52,315 nucleotides of DNA from a virus (taxonomy: Duplodnaviria; Caudoviricetes): IMG/VR virus record IMGVR_UViG_3300042562_002373, positions 1-52,315 of that record; one strand, 5' to 3'. Under the pieces are notes generated by a model. The model saw only the letters and a program-made list of their open reading frames with translations, was not told the origin of the DNA and ran no database searches. A program made the translations under genes and the position numbers. Every line of letters begins with the position of its first letter. The first letter of the stretch is position 1. Below are positions 35,659-44,653 of this stretch, one piece after another.

Positions 35659-36510
35659 ATGAGAGCAGTTATTAATTTAGACGAAAACTTTAAACCATTT
35701 GGTAAAGAATTTACCGAGTTGGAATACCAGAAGTTTAGTTTCCCAAGTGGTTGCGAACCACACATTAAAATTATTGAAAAGAATTGGATGATAGGTGGTA
35801 ATGAAGTTATTATTACGACTAGAATTAAATCTTCAGAAGATTTGATGATTTTATTATTAGCTACCGATGCTTTAAAACGATTAGGGTTTACATATATTAA
35901 ACTATTTATTCCTTACCTACCGTTTGCTAGACAAGACCGCGTTATGGTTGGTGGTGAACCTTTATCAATTAAAGTTTTAGCAAACATTATTAATTCACAA
36001 GAATATAGTAAAGTTGCGGTATATGACGTACACTCTGAAGTGTCTTTAGCGTTAATTAATAATTGTGACCCAGTTAGTAATCATAACATTGTTAAACAAA
36101 TCTTAGCTGATAAGAAAGATTACTACATTGTATCACCAGATGCTGGCGCATATAAGAAAATCTTCAAAGCTGCACAATTCGTTGGTTATACAGATGCTAT
36201 CGTATTATGTAATAAAATCAGAGATGTAAAAACTGGTCAAATCTTAAATATGACTTGTGATGTAAATGATTTACATGGTAAAGATGTTTATATCATTGAT
36301 GATATTTGTGATGGTGGTGGTACATTCATTGGTTTAGCTGATAAACTTAAAGAGAATAATGCTGGTAACGTTAATTTAATTGTATCACATGGTATTTTCT
36401 CTAAAGGTATTGAGGCCTTACATAATATTGACCACATATACACTACTGACTCATTCCAAGACTTGGAACCAAATAATAAGTTAACTCAAATTAAATTAGA
36501 ATTCAAATAA
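35659..36510 (+). CDS. prs: PRPP synthetase-like protein (probable Adps of NARP1)
   Basis: FPSGCEPHIKI, PYLPFARQDRV, DVHS, VSPDAGAYKK, IIDDICDGGGTF, VSHGIFS; start moved to MRAVIN after TATATTTG box. Confidence 0.9.
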   Translation: MRAVINLDENFKPFGKEFTELEYQKFSFPSGCEPHIKIIEKNWMIGGNEVIITTRIKSSEDLMILLLATDALKRLGFTYIKLFIPYLPFARQDRVMVGGEPLSIKVLANIINSQEYSKVAVYDVHSEVSLALINNCDPVSNHNIVKQILADKKDYYIVSPDAGAYKKIFKAAQFVGYTDAIVLCNKIRDVKTGQILNMTCDVNDLHGKDVYIIDDICDGGGTFIGLADKLKENNAGNVNLIVSHGIFSKGIEALHNIDHIYTTDSFQDLEPNNKLTQIKLEFK

Positions 36511-36521
36511 AAACAAATAAT

Positions 36522-38219
36522 ATGAATAGTTACAGACAAAATCCGCTATTGATGACTGATGGTTATAAAACCAGTCACCATGCGATGTATCCAGAGGGTA
36601 CGACTGAGGTATATTCGAATTACACATTAAGAAATGTGAAGTATATGCCTAAACAAGCTAAAAAAATTGTAGTTGCTGGTGTGCAATATACAGTTAAGTC
36701 AATCCATGACATGTATGCTAATGATTTCTTTGCTAGACCTAAAGCTAAAGTTTGTGGTGAAGCTAAAGAATACTTATCATCGTATTTAGGAACTGACTAT
36801 GATGTATCTCACTTTGAAGCATTACACGATTTAGGTTACTTACCTATTGAGATTAAAGCATTAGACGAAGGAACTATCATTGATGAGAAAATCCCAGTAT
36901 TTACAATTAAGAATACTCATCCAGATTTCTTTTGGTTACCTAATTTCTTAGAAACATTGATTTCTTCTTTGATTTGGAAACCAGTTCATTCAGCTTCATT
37001 AGCTTATGGTTATAAAAACCTTTTATTATCACATGCTAGAAAAACTGATAAAGAAAATTTAGGATTTGTTGATTTCCAAGGACATGATTTCTCATTCAGA
37101 GGAATGCAACACCCAGAGTCAGCAATTAGTTCTGGTCTAGGTTTCTTAACTTCATTCTCTGGTACTGATACAATTCCAGCATTATTAGCTGCGAACTATT
37201 ACTACGGAACTAAGAATGTAGGTTTCAGTGTTCCAGCTTCTGAACATGCTGTTATGACTGCATACGGTAAAGAAGATGAGATTGGTGCTTTCAGAAGATT
37301 GATGCAACAATACCCAACTGGTATCTTATCAGTAGTATCTGATTCATTTGACTTATGGAAAGTATGTACTGAATACATTACTGAACTTAAAGAAGAAATT
37401 CTTTCTCGTGATGGTAAATTAGTATTACGCCCAGATTCTGGTGACCCAGTTGATATCTTATGTGGTTCAGTTAGTTTAAACTATACTTCATTAGACCAAG
37501 CTAAACATGATTTTAAAAATGAGTTATATGAGTCTACAGTTCATGGTGAAGATGAATACACTATCGATACAACTCGTATTGTTAATGTTAATGGTACATA
37601 TTACAAATTAACTGAAGACACTACTTGGAATCGTTATGATAAACAATATTATTATGTTGACGAATTATATATCGATGCTGAAGAAGTTGAATCTAAACCA
37701 GAATATGTTGGTGTAATCGAATTGTTATGGAATACATTTGGTGGTACTACTAATGGTCAAGGTTACAAATTATTAGATTCTCATATCGGTGCAATCTATG
37801 GTGATTCAATTACATTAGATAGAGCTGATGCTATTTGTACTAGATTAGCTGCAAAAGGTTTCGCATCTACTAACGTAGTATTAGGTATTGGTTCTTACTC
37901 TATGGGTTATGCGACAAGAGATAACCAAGGTGGTGCAGTTAAAGCTACTCACGTAGTAGTTAATGGTGTTGATAGAGATATCTTCAAAGACCCAGTAACT
38001 GATGATGGGACCAAAAAATCAGCAAGAGGTTACTTATATGTTTACGCTAAAGATAGTTTAACATATGCTCTTAAAGATAAATGTTCTCGTGATTTAGAGG
38101 AAAATGGTTTATTAACTACTGTTTACAAAAATGGTGACTTAGTTAAAACTACGACTCTGACTGAGATTAGAGAAAAAATAAATAATTATTCAAAATTAGT
38201 TCAAGAAACTGTTGCGTAA
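36522..38219 (+). CDS. nadV: Nicotinamide phosphoribosyltransferase-like protein (probable Namat of NARP1)
   Basis: TDGYKTSH, HDFSFRG, VPASEHAVM, SVVSDSFD, LRPDSGDP, IYGDSIT, KDPVTDDGTKKSARG. Confidence 0.92.
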   Translation: MNSYRQNPLLMTDGYKTSHHAMYPEGTTEVYSNYTLRNVKYMPKQAKKIVVAGVQYTVKSIHDMYANDFFARPKAKVCGEAKEYLSSYLGTDYDVSHFEALHDLGYLPIEIKALDEGTIIDEKIPVFTIKNTHPDFFWLPNFLETLISSLIWKPVHSASLAYGYKNLLLSHARKTDKENLGFVDFQGHDFSFRGMQHPESAISSGLGFLTSFSGTDTIPALLAANYYYGTKNVGFSVPASEHAVMTAYGKEDEIGAFRRLMQQYPTGILSVVSDSFDLWKVCTEYITELKEEILSRDGKLVLRPDSGDPVDILCGSVSLNYTSLDQAKHDFKNELYESTVHGEDEYTIDTTRIVNVNGTYYKLTEDTTWNRYDKQYYYVDELYIDAEEVESKPEYVGVIELLWNTFGGTTNGQGYKLLDSHIGAIYGDSITLDRADAICTRLAAKGFASTNVVLGIGSYSMGYATRDNQGGAVKATHVVVNGVDRDIFKDPVTDDGTKKSARGYLYVYAKDSLTYALKDKCSRDLEENGLLTTVYKNGDLVKTTTLTEIREKINNYSKLVQETVA

Positions 38220-38256
38220 TTTAAATATTATACCTAGATTTGTAAAAAATAAAAAT

Positions 38257-38460
38257 ATGAATGGTGTAACTACTTTAATATTGAAATTATCTGGAATGTT
38301 AATTTTATGGATTACAATTATATCGCTTATGGCTGAGTATGTAATTAGTAGAGATGTAAATATTATAATACAGATAATTTCAATAATGGGTGGCCTTTTG
38401 TTAACCGTAGGGGCTTTAAATTATATGGTTAAAACAATTATTAAATTTATAAATAAATAA
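38257..38460 (+). CDS. Small two-TM membrane protein
   Basis: Start moved to MNGVTT after the promoter copy at 38211-38247. Confidence 0.65.
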   Translation: MNGVTTLILKLSGMLILWITIISLMAEYVISRDVNIIIQIISIMGGLLLTVGALNYMVKTIIKFINK

Positions 38461-38474
38461 AAAAAAAGAAAAAA

Positions 38475-39407
38475 ATGATTAGTACATTAATTTTTGTAGC
38501 AGCGTTAATTATCGCAGCATTAGTAGCTATCTCAACGAAAGATAGTATGTTCGAAGGAACTGGTTATAACCGTGAATTCAGATTCGTATGGTTATTGAAA
38601 CCGATTGGTATCTTTATCTTAGGTATCATCTTAGCATCAGCACAACCATTCGCTATCGAAAGAATCGATGCTGGACATGTTGGTATCAAAGTAAACTTAA
38701 CTGGTAACAGTCGTGGAGTTTCTAAGTATGAGTATAAAACTGGATGGGTTTTATATAATACATGGACTGAGAACATCTACGAGTTCCCAACATTCCAACA
38801 ACACATTGAGTTTGAAGCACAACAAGTAATTACACGAGGTGGGTTCCCAGCGGATATCAAACCTACATTCAATTACTCATTGAAAGCTAATGCTGTTGGA
38901 GATATGTTCGTTAACTTACGATTACCAATTAAAGATATTGAACAAGGATGGTTGAAAAATGCAATCGTTGGTGCTGTGAATGACGTGGCTAACGGATGGG
39001 AAGTAGATTCAGTATTTGGACATAGACAAGCGTTTGAAGCTGCTATCGTAGCTGAATGTAATGTAAGATTATCTAAATGGTTTACAGTGTCTCAGATGCG
39101 TTCTAATATCGTTCCACCAGAAGCGTTGCAAGAATCTATTATAGCTAAAACAAAATCTATACAACAAGCAGAAGCATCTATTCAACAAGCAATTGCTGCA
39201 CAAGCTGATGGTCAACGTAAAGTTGCTGTAGCTAAGGCTGACTCTGCTGAGATGATTATTAATGCATCAGCACAAGCATACTCAATTAGATTGAAACAAA
39301 AAGAGTTAACACCAAACTATATCGAATTCAAGAAAATCGAGAAATGGGATGGTCAATTACCTACTACTGTTGCTGGTTCATCAGGAAGTTTCATAAATAT
39401 TAAATAA
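38475..39407 (+). CDS. SPFH / band-7 (prohibitin-like) membrane protein
   Basis: Two TM helices, RIDAGHVGIKV, Ala-rich coiled coil, IEKWDGQLP. Confidence 0.88.
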   Translation: MISTLIFVAALIIAALVAISTKDSMFEGTGYNREFRFVWLLKPIGIFILGIILASAQPFAIERIDAGHVGIKVNLTGNSRGVSKYEYKTGWVLYNTWTENIYEFPTFQQHIEFEAQQVITRGGFPADIKPTFNYSLKANAVGDMFVNLRLPIKDIEQGWLKNAIVGAVNDVANGWEVDSVFGHRQAFEAAIVAECNVRLSKWFTVSQMRSNIVPPEALQESIIAKTKSIQQAEASIQQAIAAQADGQRKVAVAKADSAEMIINASAQAYSIRLKQKELTPNYIEFKKIEKWDGQLPTTVAGSSGSFINIK

Positions 39408-39433
39408 ATTAAAGTTTGCTAATATTTATTAAT

Positions 39434-39535
39434 ATGATTATAATTTTTATATTAGCAAATATGTTAATGTTTTGGTTAGGTTATAAATTTGGTTCAAGAG
39501 TCAAAAAAATAAGACTAAATCAAAACAAATACTAA
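39434..39535 (+). CDS. 33-aa single-TM peptide with basic tail
   Basis: MIIIFILANMLMFWLGYKFGSRVKKIRLNQNKY*, directly after ATATTTAT (39422-39429). Confidence 0.5.
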   Translation: MIIIFILANMLMFWLGYKFGSRVKKIRLNQNKY

Positions 39536-39574
39536 AGATAAACGGATTAGGACCGTCTATGGTTACAAACCATC

Positions 39575-39617
39575 AAAACCTCTCAGAAGTGTCGCTACCA
39601 ATGAGAGGTTTTTTTTA
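39575..39617 (+). terminator. Terminator with large loop, preceded by two small hairpins
   Basis: aaaacctctca-(16 nt)-tgagaggtttt followed by T-tract. Confidence 0.7.
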
Positions 39618-39663
39618 TGTCTTAGTGTTGCTTATTTAATAAAAGTTTACTATTTTTGTAAAA

Positions 39664-40146
39664 ATGAATTTAATGGAAAATAAAGCAGAAAAAATAGTGA
39701 ATGATTTACTTACTAAATGTGCTGATATTGGTTTAAATGAAAAGATGGCTCTTAACTGTAGCATTCTACATGCAAATCAAGTGTTATCTGAACAAACTAC
39801 AAGTCAAAGGCAATTACTATATAAAAACGTATTATCAATACTTACCGATATGGAAAAAAATTGTATAATTGATTGGGACCTTTATCATGAAGCAAATAAA
39901 ACGCCAATCACAATTAAAACTTATAACTATAAAGATTTAATTACGATTACAAAGGGTAAAAAAGGTGGTAAACCTTGCGTTAGAGACACTAGAATTAGTG
40001 TGATGGATGTTCTATCCTATTTAAGTAATGGAATGTCTCACAAAGAGATTATGGATGACTTTCCAGAACTAACTAAAAACGACATCAATGCATGTCTTGA
40101 ATACGCTAACCAAATTTTAAATTATTTATTTACAAATGAAAAATAA
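39664..40146 (+). CDS. Protein with C-terminal DUF433 (antitoxin-type wHTH) domain
   Basis: GGKPCVRDTRISVMDVL..L..GMS..EI..DFPELT..DI.ACLEYA. Confidence 0.85.
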   Translation: MNLMENKAEKIVNDLLTKCADIGLNEKMALNCSILHANQVLSEQTTSQRQLLYKNVLSILTDMEKNCIIDWDLYHEANKTPITIKTYNYKDLITITKGKKGGKPCVRDTRISVMDVLSYLSNGMSHKEIMDDFPELTKNDINACLEYANQILNYLFTNEK

Positions 40147-40402
40147 AAATAAGATATTAGATATTGTAGGTGGTATACTAGGTGGTATACTTGTATTAGG
40201 ATTATGCATCTTACCATTCTGGTCTTTAAAACAAGAAATAGATTTAATCAATAAATGTAAATATACAATTATTGACGCTAATGGTACTAAATACCATGCT
40301 AAATCATTTACAATGGTAAGAGGTGTTAAAATAATTAAACTAGTTGATTACCAAGATAGAAAAATAACTATATACGGTGTAAAAACCATAATTGAAAAAT
40401 AA
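40136..40402 (+). CDS. Hypothetical membrane-anchored protein
   Basis: N-terminal TM helix. Confidence 0.65.
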   Translation: MKNKNKILDIVGGILGGILVLGLCILPFWSLKQEIDLINKCKYTIIDANGTKYHAKSFTMVRGVKIIKLVDYQDRKITIYGVKTIIEK

Positions 40403-40403
40403 T

Positions 40404-40700
40404 ATGAAAGATTTATACGCAAGTTTAAACGAAAATAATCCAGCACATAAAATGGTGATGAATATTAATAAGAAAAATGAAGAGTTATATGGTCCATATC
40501 ATAGTGAATGTGGATTGTTCCAAACTTTTTGTCATTGCGAGTTCCCTGAAATAAAATCCAATGAATTATCTGAAGCTAATAAAGAGATTTATTCAGATAT
40601 CGAGACTCTTATTATGCATTGGTGTAATGATGGTACCAAAACTGCTGGTACATTAACTAGAAGAATAATGTATGAATTAAATAAAAAAAATATATTATGA
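40404..40700 (+). CDS. Hypothetical protein
   Basis: ATG start MKDLYA; CGLFQTFCHC and W.NDGTKTAG.LTR.I segments. Confidence 0.65.
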   Translation: MKDLYASLNENNPAHKMVMNINKKNEELYGPYHSECGLFQTFCHCEFPEIKSNELSEANKEIYSDIETLIMHWCNDGTKTAGTLTRRIMYELNKKNIL

Positions 40701-42010
40701 ATAATTTAGATAAACAATACACAGCATTACTACAAGATATACTTGATAATGGTCATCAGAAAGGTGACCGAACTGGAACTGGAACTATATCAGTATTTGG
40801 TAGACAGATTCGCCACAACATGAAAGATGGGTTTCCGCTTATCACTACAAAGAAAATGTACTGGAGTGGCATCGTAACCGAGTTAATTTGGTTCTTGCGT
40901 GGTGATACAAACATTAAATTCCTTGTGGATAATAATTGTCATATTTGGGATGGAGATGCCTATAAGAATTATTGTAATGATAAGAATACAGTAGGCCCAT
41001 TAACAATGGCACAATTTATTGAAGAGATAAAAACGAATGACGAGTTTGCTAATAAATGGGGTGAATTAGGTCCCGTGTACGGAAAGCAATGGAGAGAATG
41101 GACTTACTTAACTAAAGAACAAAAACAAGATGTTGATGGAATAGATGAAGAAATATGTGGAGCTGATATGTGGGATGGCATTAGACATTATAGAACATTT
41201 GACCAAATCGCAAACCTAATCCATGACCTTAAAACAAACCCAGATTCAAGACGTTTGATGGTCAACGCTTGGAATGTTGGAGAATTGGATTCAATGGTAC
41301 TTCCACCTTGCCATTATGGATTTCAAGTTTATACAAGAGAGTTGAGTGGTGAAGAAAGATGGGATTTATTAAAGAAGAATGTTGGTAAAGAATTATTTGA
41401 TTCTTGGGTATCTGAAATAGTTCCGTTCGGTGGTGGATTAAGTGAATACTTACAATCATATAATATCCCAACCAGAGCAATCTCATTAATGTGGAATCAA
41501 CGTTCAGTAGATACATTCTTAGGTTTACCATTCAATATTGCATCTTATGGATTGTTATTGGAAATCATTGCCAAAGCAGTAAATATGGTTCCTGAAGAAT
41601 TAATAGGAAACTTAGGTGATACTCATCTATATTCAAATCATATTGAACAAGCCAAAGAACAAATTGGTATGGAATTGAGTAATGAAGAACGTTATAATAT
41701 TTGGTTCACTAATAATTATGAGACTGGAATGGAAAGATTCTTTGACCCAAATAATTTACCAGATTTTGAAGATTCATATTACGAACCAACACCTAAACGA
41801 ACTAGAGAACCATATCCATTACCAACATTAAATATCAACACAGAGTTCTGGCAATATGAAGGTGGAGAATGTGGAATAGGACCATTGGATGCAACTGGTG
41901 TAATTAAAGCATTTAGTGATGATAATTTCTGTAGATGCTTATTGGAAGAAGATATTCAATTAGGTAACTACCAATCACACCCATCTATTAAGGCTCCATT
42001 GTCAAATTAA
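40697..42010 (+). CDS. thyA: Thymidylate synthase with insertions
   Basis: DRTGTGT, ELIWFLRG, LGPVYGKQWR, PDSRR, LPPCH, NQRSVD, GLPFNIASY, GDTHLY.NH. Confidence 0.95.
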   Translation: MNNLDKQYTALLQDILDNGHQKGDRTGTGTISVFGRQIRHNMKDGFPLITTKKMYWSGIVTELIWFLRGDTNIKFLVDNNCHIWDGDAYKNYCNDKNTVGPLTMAQFIEEIKTNDEFANKWGELGPVYGKQWREWTYLTKEQKQDVDGIDEEICGADMWDGIRHYRTFDQIANLIHDLKTNPDSRRLMVNAWNVGELDSMVLPPCHYGFQVYTRELSGEERWDLLKKNVGKELFDSWVSEIVPFGGGLSEYLQSYNIPTRAISLMWNQRSVDTFLGLPFNIASYGLLLEIIAKAVNMVPEELIGNLGDTHLYSNHIEQAKEQIGMELSNEERYNIWFTNNYETGMERFFDPNNLPDFEDSYYEPTPKRTREPYPLPTLNINTEFWQYEGGECGIGPLDATGVIKAFSDDNFCRCLLEEDIQLGNYQSHPSIKAPLSN

Positions 42011-42011
42011 T

Positions 42012-42218
42012 ATGGAAAGAGATTTAAATTTTAATGACGTGCTGACTGAAATTTCGACACGTTTAACTACCGTTACTTATCAAGGTGATTTATCTGATAT
42101 TGGTAATGAGATTGGTCATATATTAGGTAATATTATACCTAACATGAATCAAGAAGAAATAGATACATTTATAACTGGGTTTAAACATGGTGTTAGTTTA
42201 ACAAATGGAACACATTAA
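42012..42218 (+). CDS. Hypothetical protein
   Basis: 68-aa ORF in operon. Confidence 0.65.
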   Translation: MERDLNFNDVLTEISTRLTTVTYQGDLSDIGNEIGHILGNIIPNMNQEEIDTFITGFKHGVSLTNGTH

Positions 42219-42222
42219 TAAT

Positions 42223-42705
42223 ATGAAAAAAGACGAATTAATTTATTTAGCTTCACCATATAGTAATGGTAATAAAGAAACTAATTTTAAAATCATCAGT
42301 AACATTTCCGCTGACTTAACCAAAGAAGGTTATACAACCATATCACCAATAACATATGGTCACACCCTATTGCAATTTAAAGAAATGCCAGATGATTGGG
42401 GTTTCTGGTTAAACTTTTGCTTAACATTATTAACTAAATGTGATAGATTGGTTGTATGTAAAATGAATGGTTGGGAAGAGTCTATTGGTGTTGAAGCTGA
42501 AATTAGTTATGCTAGAGACCATGGTATTCCTATCGAATACTATGAAGTCACTAATGAGTATGTACATGAGATTCATAAACAAGAAGTTATTAAAAAATGG
42601 GATAAAGCTGGTTTTTTAGATGGATTAAATCTTGATAATATAACGCTACCAATCGCTAAACGTGTTTTTAACACTGGTATCCAAGATAATAAAACTGAAG
42701 AATGA
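42223..42705 (+). CDS. DUF1937 (deoxyribosyltransferase-like) protein with capsid-like C-terminal tail
   Basis: IYLASPYS, SPI..GH, GWEESIGV.AEI..A...GIPI; tail KKWDKAGFLDGL...LPIAKRVF. Confidence 0.8.
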   Translation: MKKDELIYLASPYSNGNKETNFKIISNISADLTKEGYTTISPITYGHTLLQFKEMPDDWGFWLNFCLTLLTKCDRLVVCKMNGWEESIGVEAEISYARDHGIPIEYYEVTNEYVHEIHKQEVIKKWDKAGFLDGLNLDNITLPIAKRVFNTGIQDNKTEE

Positions 42706-42830
42706 AAATACTATACTATATAATTAAAGGAATATCAATGATATTATTATCACCAGTGGTTATTATCGCGATACCTGGTGCTATTTTACATTTCTTAGCA
42801 GAAGAAATTGAAGAACGTATTTATAAATAA
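42702..42830 (+). CDS. 42-aa membrane peptide
   Basis: Manual translation MKILYYIIKGISMILLSPVVIIAIPGAILHFLAEEIEERIYK*; ATGA overlap. Confidence 0.6.
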   Translation: MKILYYIIKGISMILLSPVVIIAIPGAILHFLAEEIEERIYK

Positions 42831-42838
42831 AATAATAT

Positions 42839-43924
42839 ATGCCAAAAAAAAGAACAAAAAAAAGTCTACCAGATTTTAGTTATACTCTGGATGACCAAGG
42901 GTTTAGAATCTATTCAGACCCAGTAGTAGCAAAGGTTTATGGAAACCTAAGAAATTTATCTGACCTAGTTGAAAGGTCTCAGGATAAAGCTGATAACGAA
43001 TTCCAAGATGTGGCTAGAATGATTATGGTTGATGGTAAACAAGATAAAGCTACCGACTTCCTAATTAATATCATTTGTAGTAGTTTTGAATTTATTGGTG
43101 AAGCTGAATTTGCTGGTGCAAAAATAGCAGCATGGTTAATCACTGGACTTATCGATACTTATCGTGAATCAACTCCAACAGATTTGCAAGGTGAAATTGA
43201 TGATGCATGGCAAGGATTGTCAAAAGCATTTCAATCAGTATCTGATGATGTATCCGATTGGATGGATAAACCAGAGAAATATTGGGGTGTTAAATATACT
43301 TCACCATACAGCACTGATACAGCATCAATCGATGATTTAAACACTATTGATATGATTCCAAATAATTCTCAAAAAGAATTTAAAGAAGCTGCAATATTAA
43401 TCGGTAATAAAGCAAAATATCTTGTAACAAAATCATTATTCCATAGAAAATGGCGTTTTGATAATATTGAGACTGGTGTTTGGTGGGATGCTTATTATAC
43501 AAGATGGAATAGCAATTACCAATGGGATGGTCCAAAATATGATGGATTAAATATTCAATGTATGTTTGGTGAATGTACATCATTCGTAGACCAAATTGTT
43601 GATAATGTACTTAACAGTAATCACGCTATCTACATCTCAACTGAACACCATGAAGAGTTTACTCATAACTGGTTTAGTAACGATACTAACTATGTAGGTA
43701 ACTATTACAGACAATGGTTCTTACAAGATAATAATGGTACCGCACCTGAAGATTTATTACATTGGTTATATACCGATGGGCCAACAGCAAATCCAGATGG
43801 GATAGCATCAATGTCTGATGTATTCACTAACTGGGGGTTAGCTGGTAAACCATTACCACATATAATAATAAAAGAATGTTGTTTTAAGTTTTTTTGTAGA
43901 AAAAAAATAATAAACCTTGCGTAA
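42839..43924 (+). CDS. Hypothetical protein, helical N-half with hydrophobic hairpin and Trp/Asn-rich C-half
   Basis: 361-aa ORF; no family recognised. Confidence 0.8.
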   Translation: MPKKRTKKSLPDFSYTLDDQGFRIYSDPVVAKVYGNLRNLSDLVERSQDKADNEFQDVARMIMVDGKQDKATDFLINIICSSFEFIGEAEFAGAKIAAWLITGLIDTYRESTPTDLQGEIDDAWQGLSKAFQSVSDDVSDWMDKPEKYWGVKYTSPYSTDTASIDDLNTIDMIPNNSQKEFKEAAILIGNKAKYLVTKSLFHRKWRFDNIETGVWWDAYYTRWNSNYQWDGPKYDGLNIQCMFGECTSFVDQIVDNVLNSNHAIYISTEHHEEFTHNWFSNDTNYVGNYYRQWFLQDNNGTAPEDLLHWLYTDGPTANPDGIASMSDVFTNWGLAGKPLPHIIIKECCFKFFCRKKIINLA

Positions 43925-43951
43925 TGTGTTTTTTATGACTATATTTGCAGT

Positions 43952-44119
43952 ATGAAAAATAAAAAACATATTACGTTAATTGAAATGATATTATCATTAT
44001 CACTATTGATTTTTATCATTTGGAATTGGAATGAATCAAGAATAACTGTTGGTCACTTCTTTTCTTTAGAATTACTCGCAATGTTGTTTTGGTACAGATA
44101 CGATAACTTTAAAAACTAA
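43952..44119 (+). CDS. 55-aa two-TM peptide
   Basis: Manual translation MKNKKHITLIEMILSLSLLIFIIWNW...; after TATATTTG (43940-43947). Confidence 0.55.
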   Translation: MKNKKHITLIEMILSLSLLIFIIWNWNESRITVGHFFSLELLAMLFWYRYDNFKN

Positions 44120-44124
44120 TAATT

Positions 44125-44652
44125 ATGGGTTGTGATATACATTCTTACGCAGAAGTAAGAAATAAAGAAACTGGTAAATGGGAACAAGCTCTTAATTTCA
44201 CTACATTAAGTGATTTTGATAAAGATTGGCATAAATGTGAAAAAGGTGACCATCCATTTGATTGGAGAGGTTATGGTATGTATGGATTCTTAGCTGGAGT
44301 TAGAAACTATAGTCACATTGACCCAATAGTTGAACCTAGAGGTATACCACCTGATGTATCAGATGCGGTAAAATCTGAATATCTATATTGGTATGAAGAT
44401 GCTCATACATCATCACATATCTATCTAAGAGAACTTGCTGAGTTTGATTATACTCAAGAATTCTGGAATAGAAGAGTTACCAAACAAACTGGACCAAATA
44501 GTTGGGATGGTGCCGCATTGGCTGAAGAAGGCGAAGGTGAAGTTTTATCTATTAATGATTTTTTATCTGAAATGTTTTTTCAACATATTGAGGATTTAAA
44601 AACATTAGGTGACTTGGATGATGTAAGAGTAGTATTTTGGTTCGATAATTAA
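44125..44652 (+). CDS. Hypothetical phage protein (MGCDIH...RVVFWFDN type)
   Basis: MGCDIH, R.Y..YG.LAGVRN, PRGIP.D.S, RVVFWFDN. Confidence 0.8.
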   Translation: MGCDIHSYAEVRNKETGKWEQALNFTTLSDFDKDWHKCEKGDHPFDWRGYGMYGFLAGVRNYSHIDPIVEPRGIPPDVSDAVKSEYLYWYEDAHTSSHIYLRELAEFDYTQEFWNRRVTKQTGPNSWDGAALAEEGEGEVLSINDFLSEMFFQHIEDLKTLGDLDDVRVVFWFDN

Positions 44653-44653
44653 T

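Noticed and set aside
35565-35765. Track's longer N-terminus of the SleB-like ORF
   Set aside because: Overlaps the divergent promoter region and the Prs-like gene
40697-42010. ThyA as a dCMP hydroxymethylase, or as intein/intron-containing
   Set aside because: Asn in PFNIASY indicates dUMP specificity; the frame is continuous and shows no intein terminal motifs
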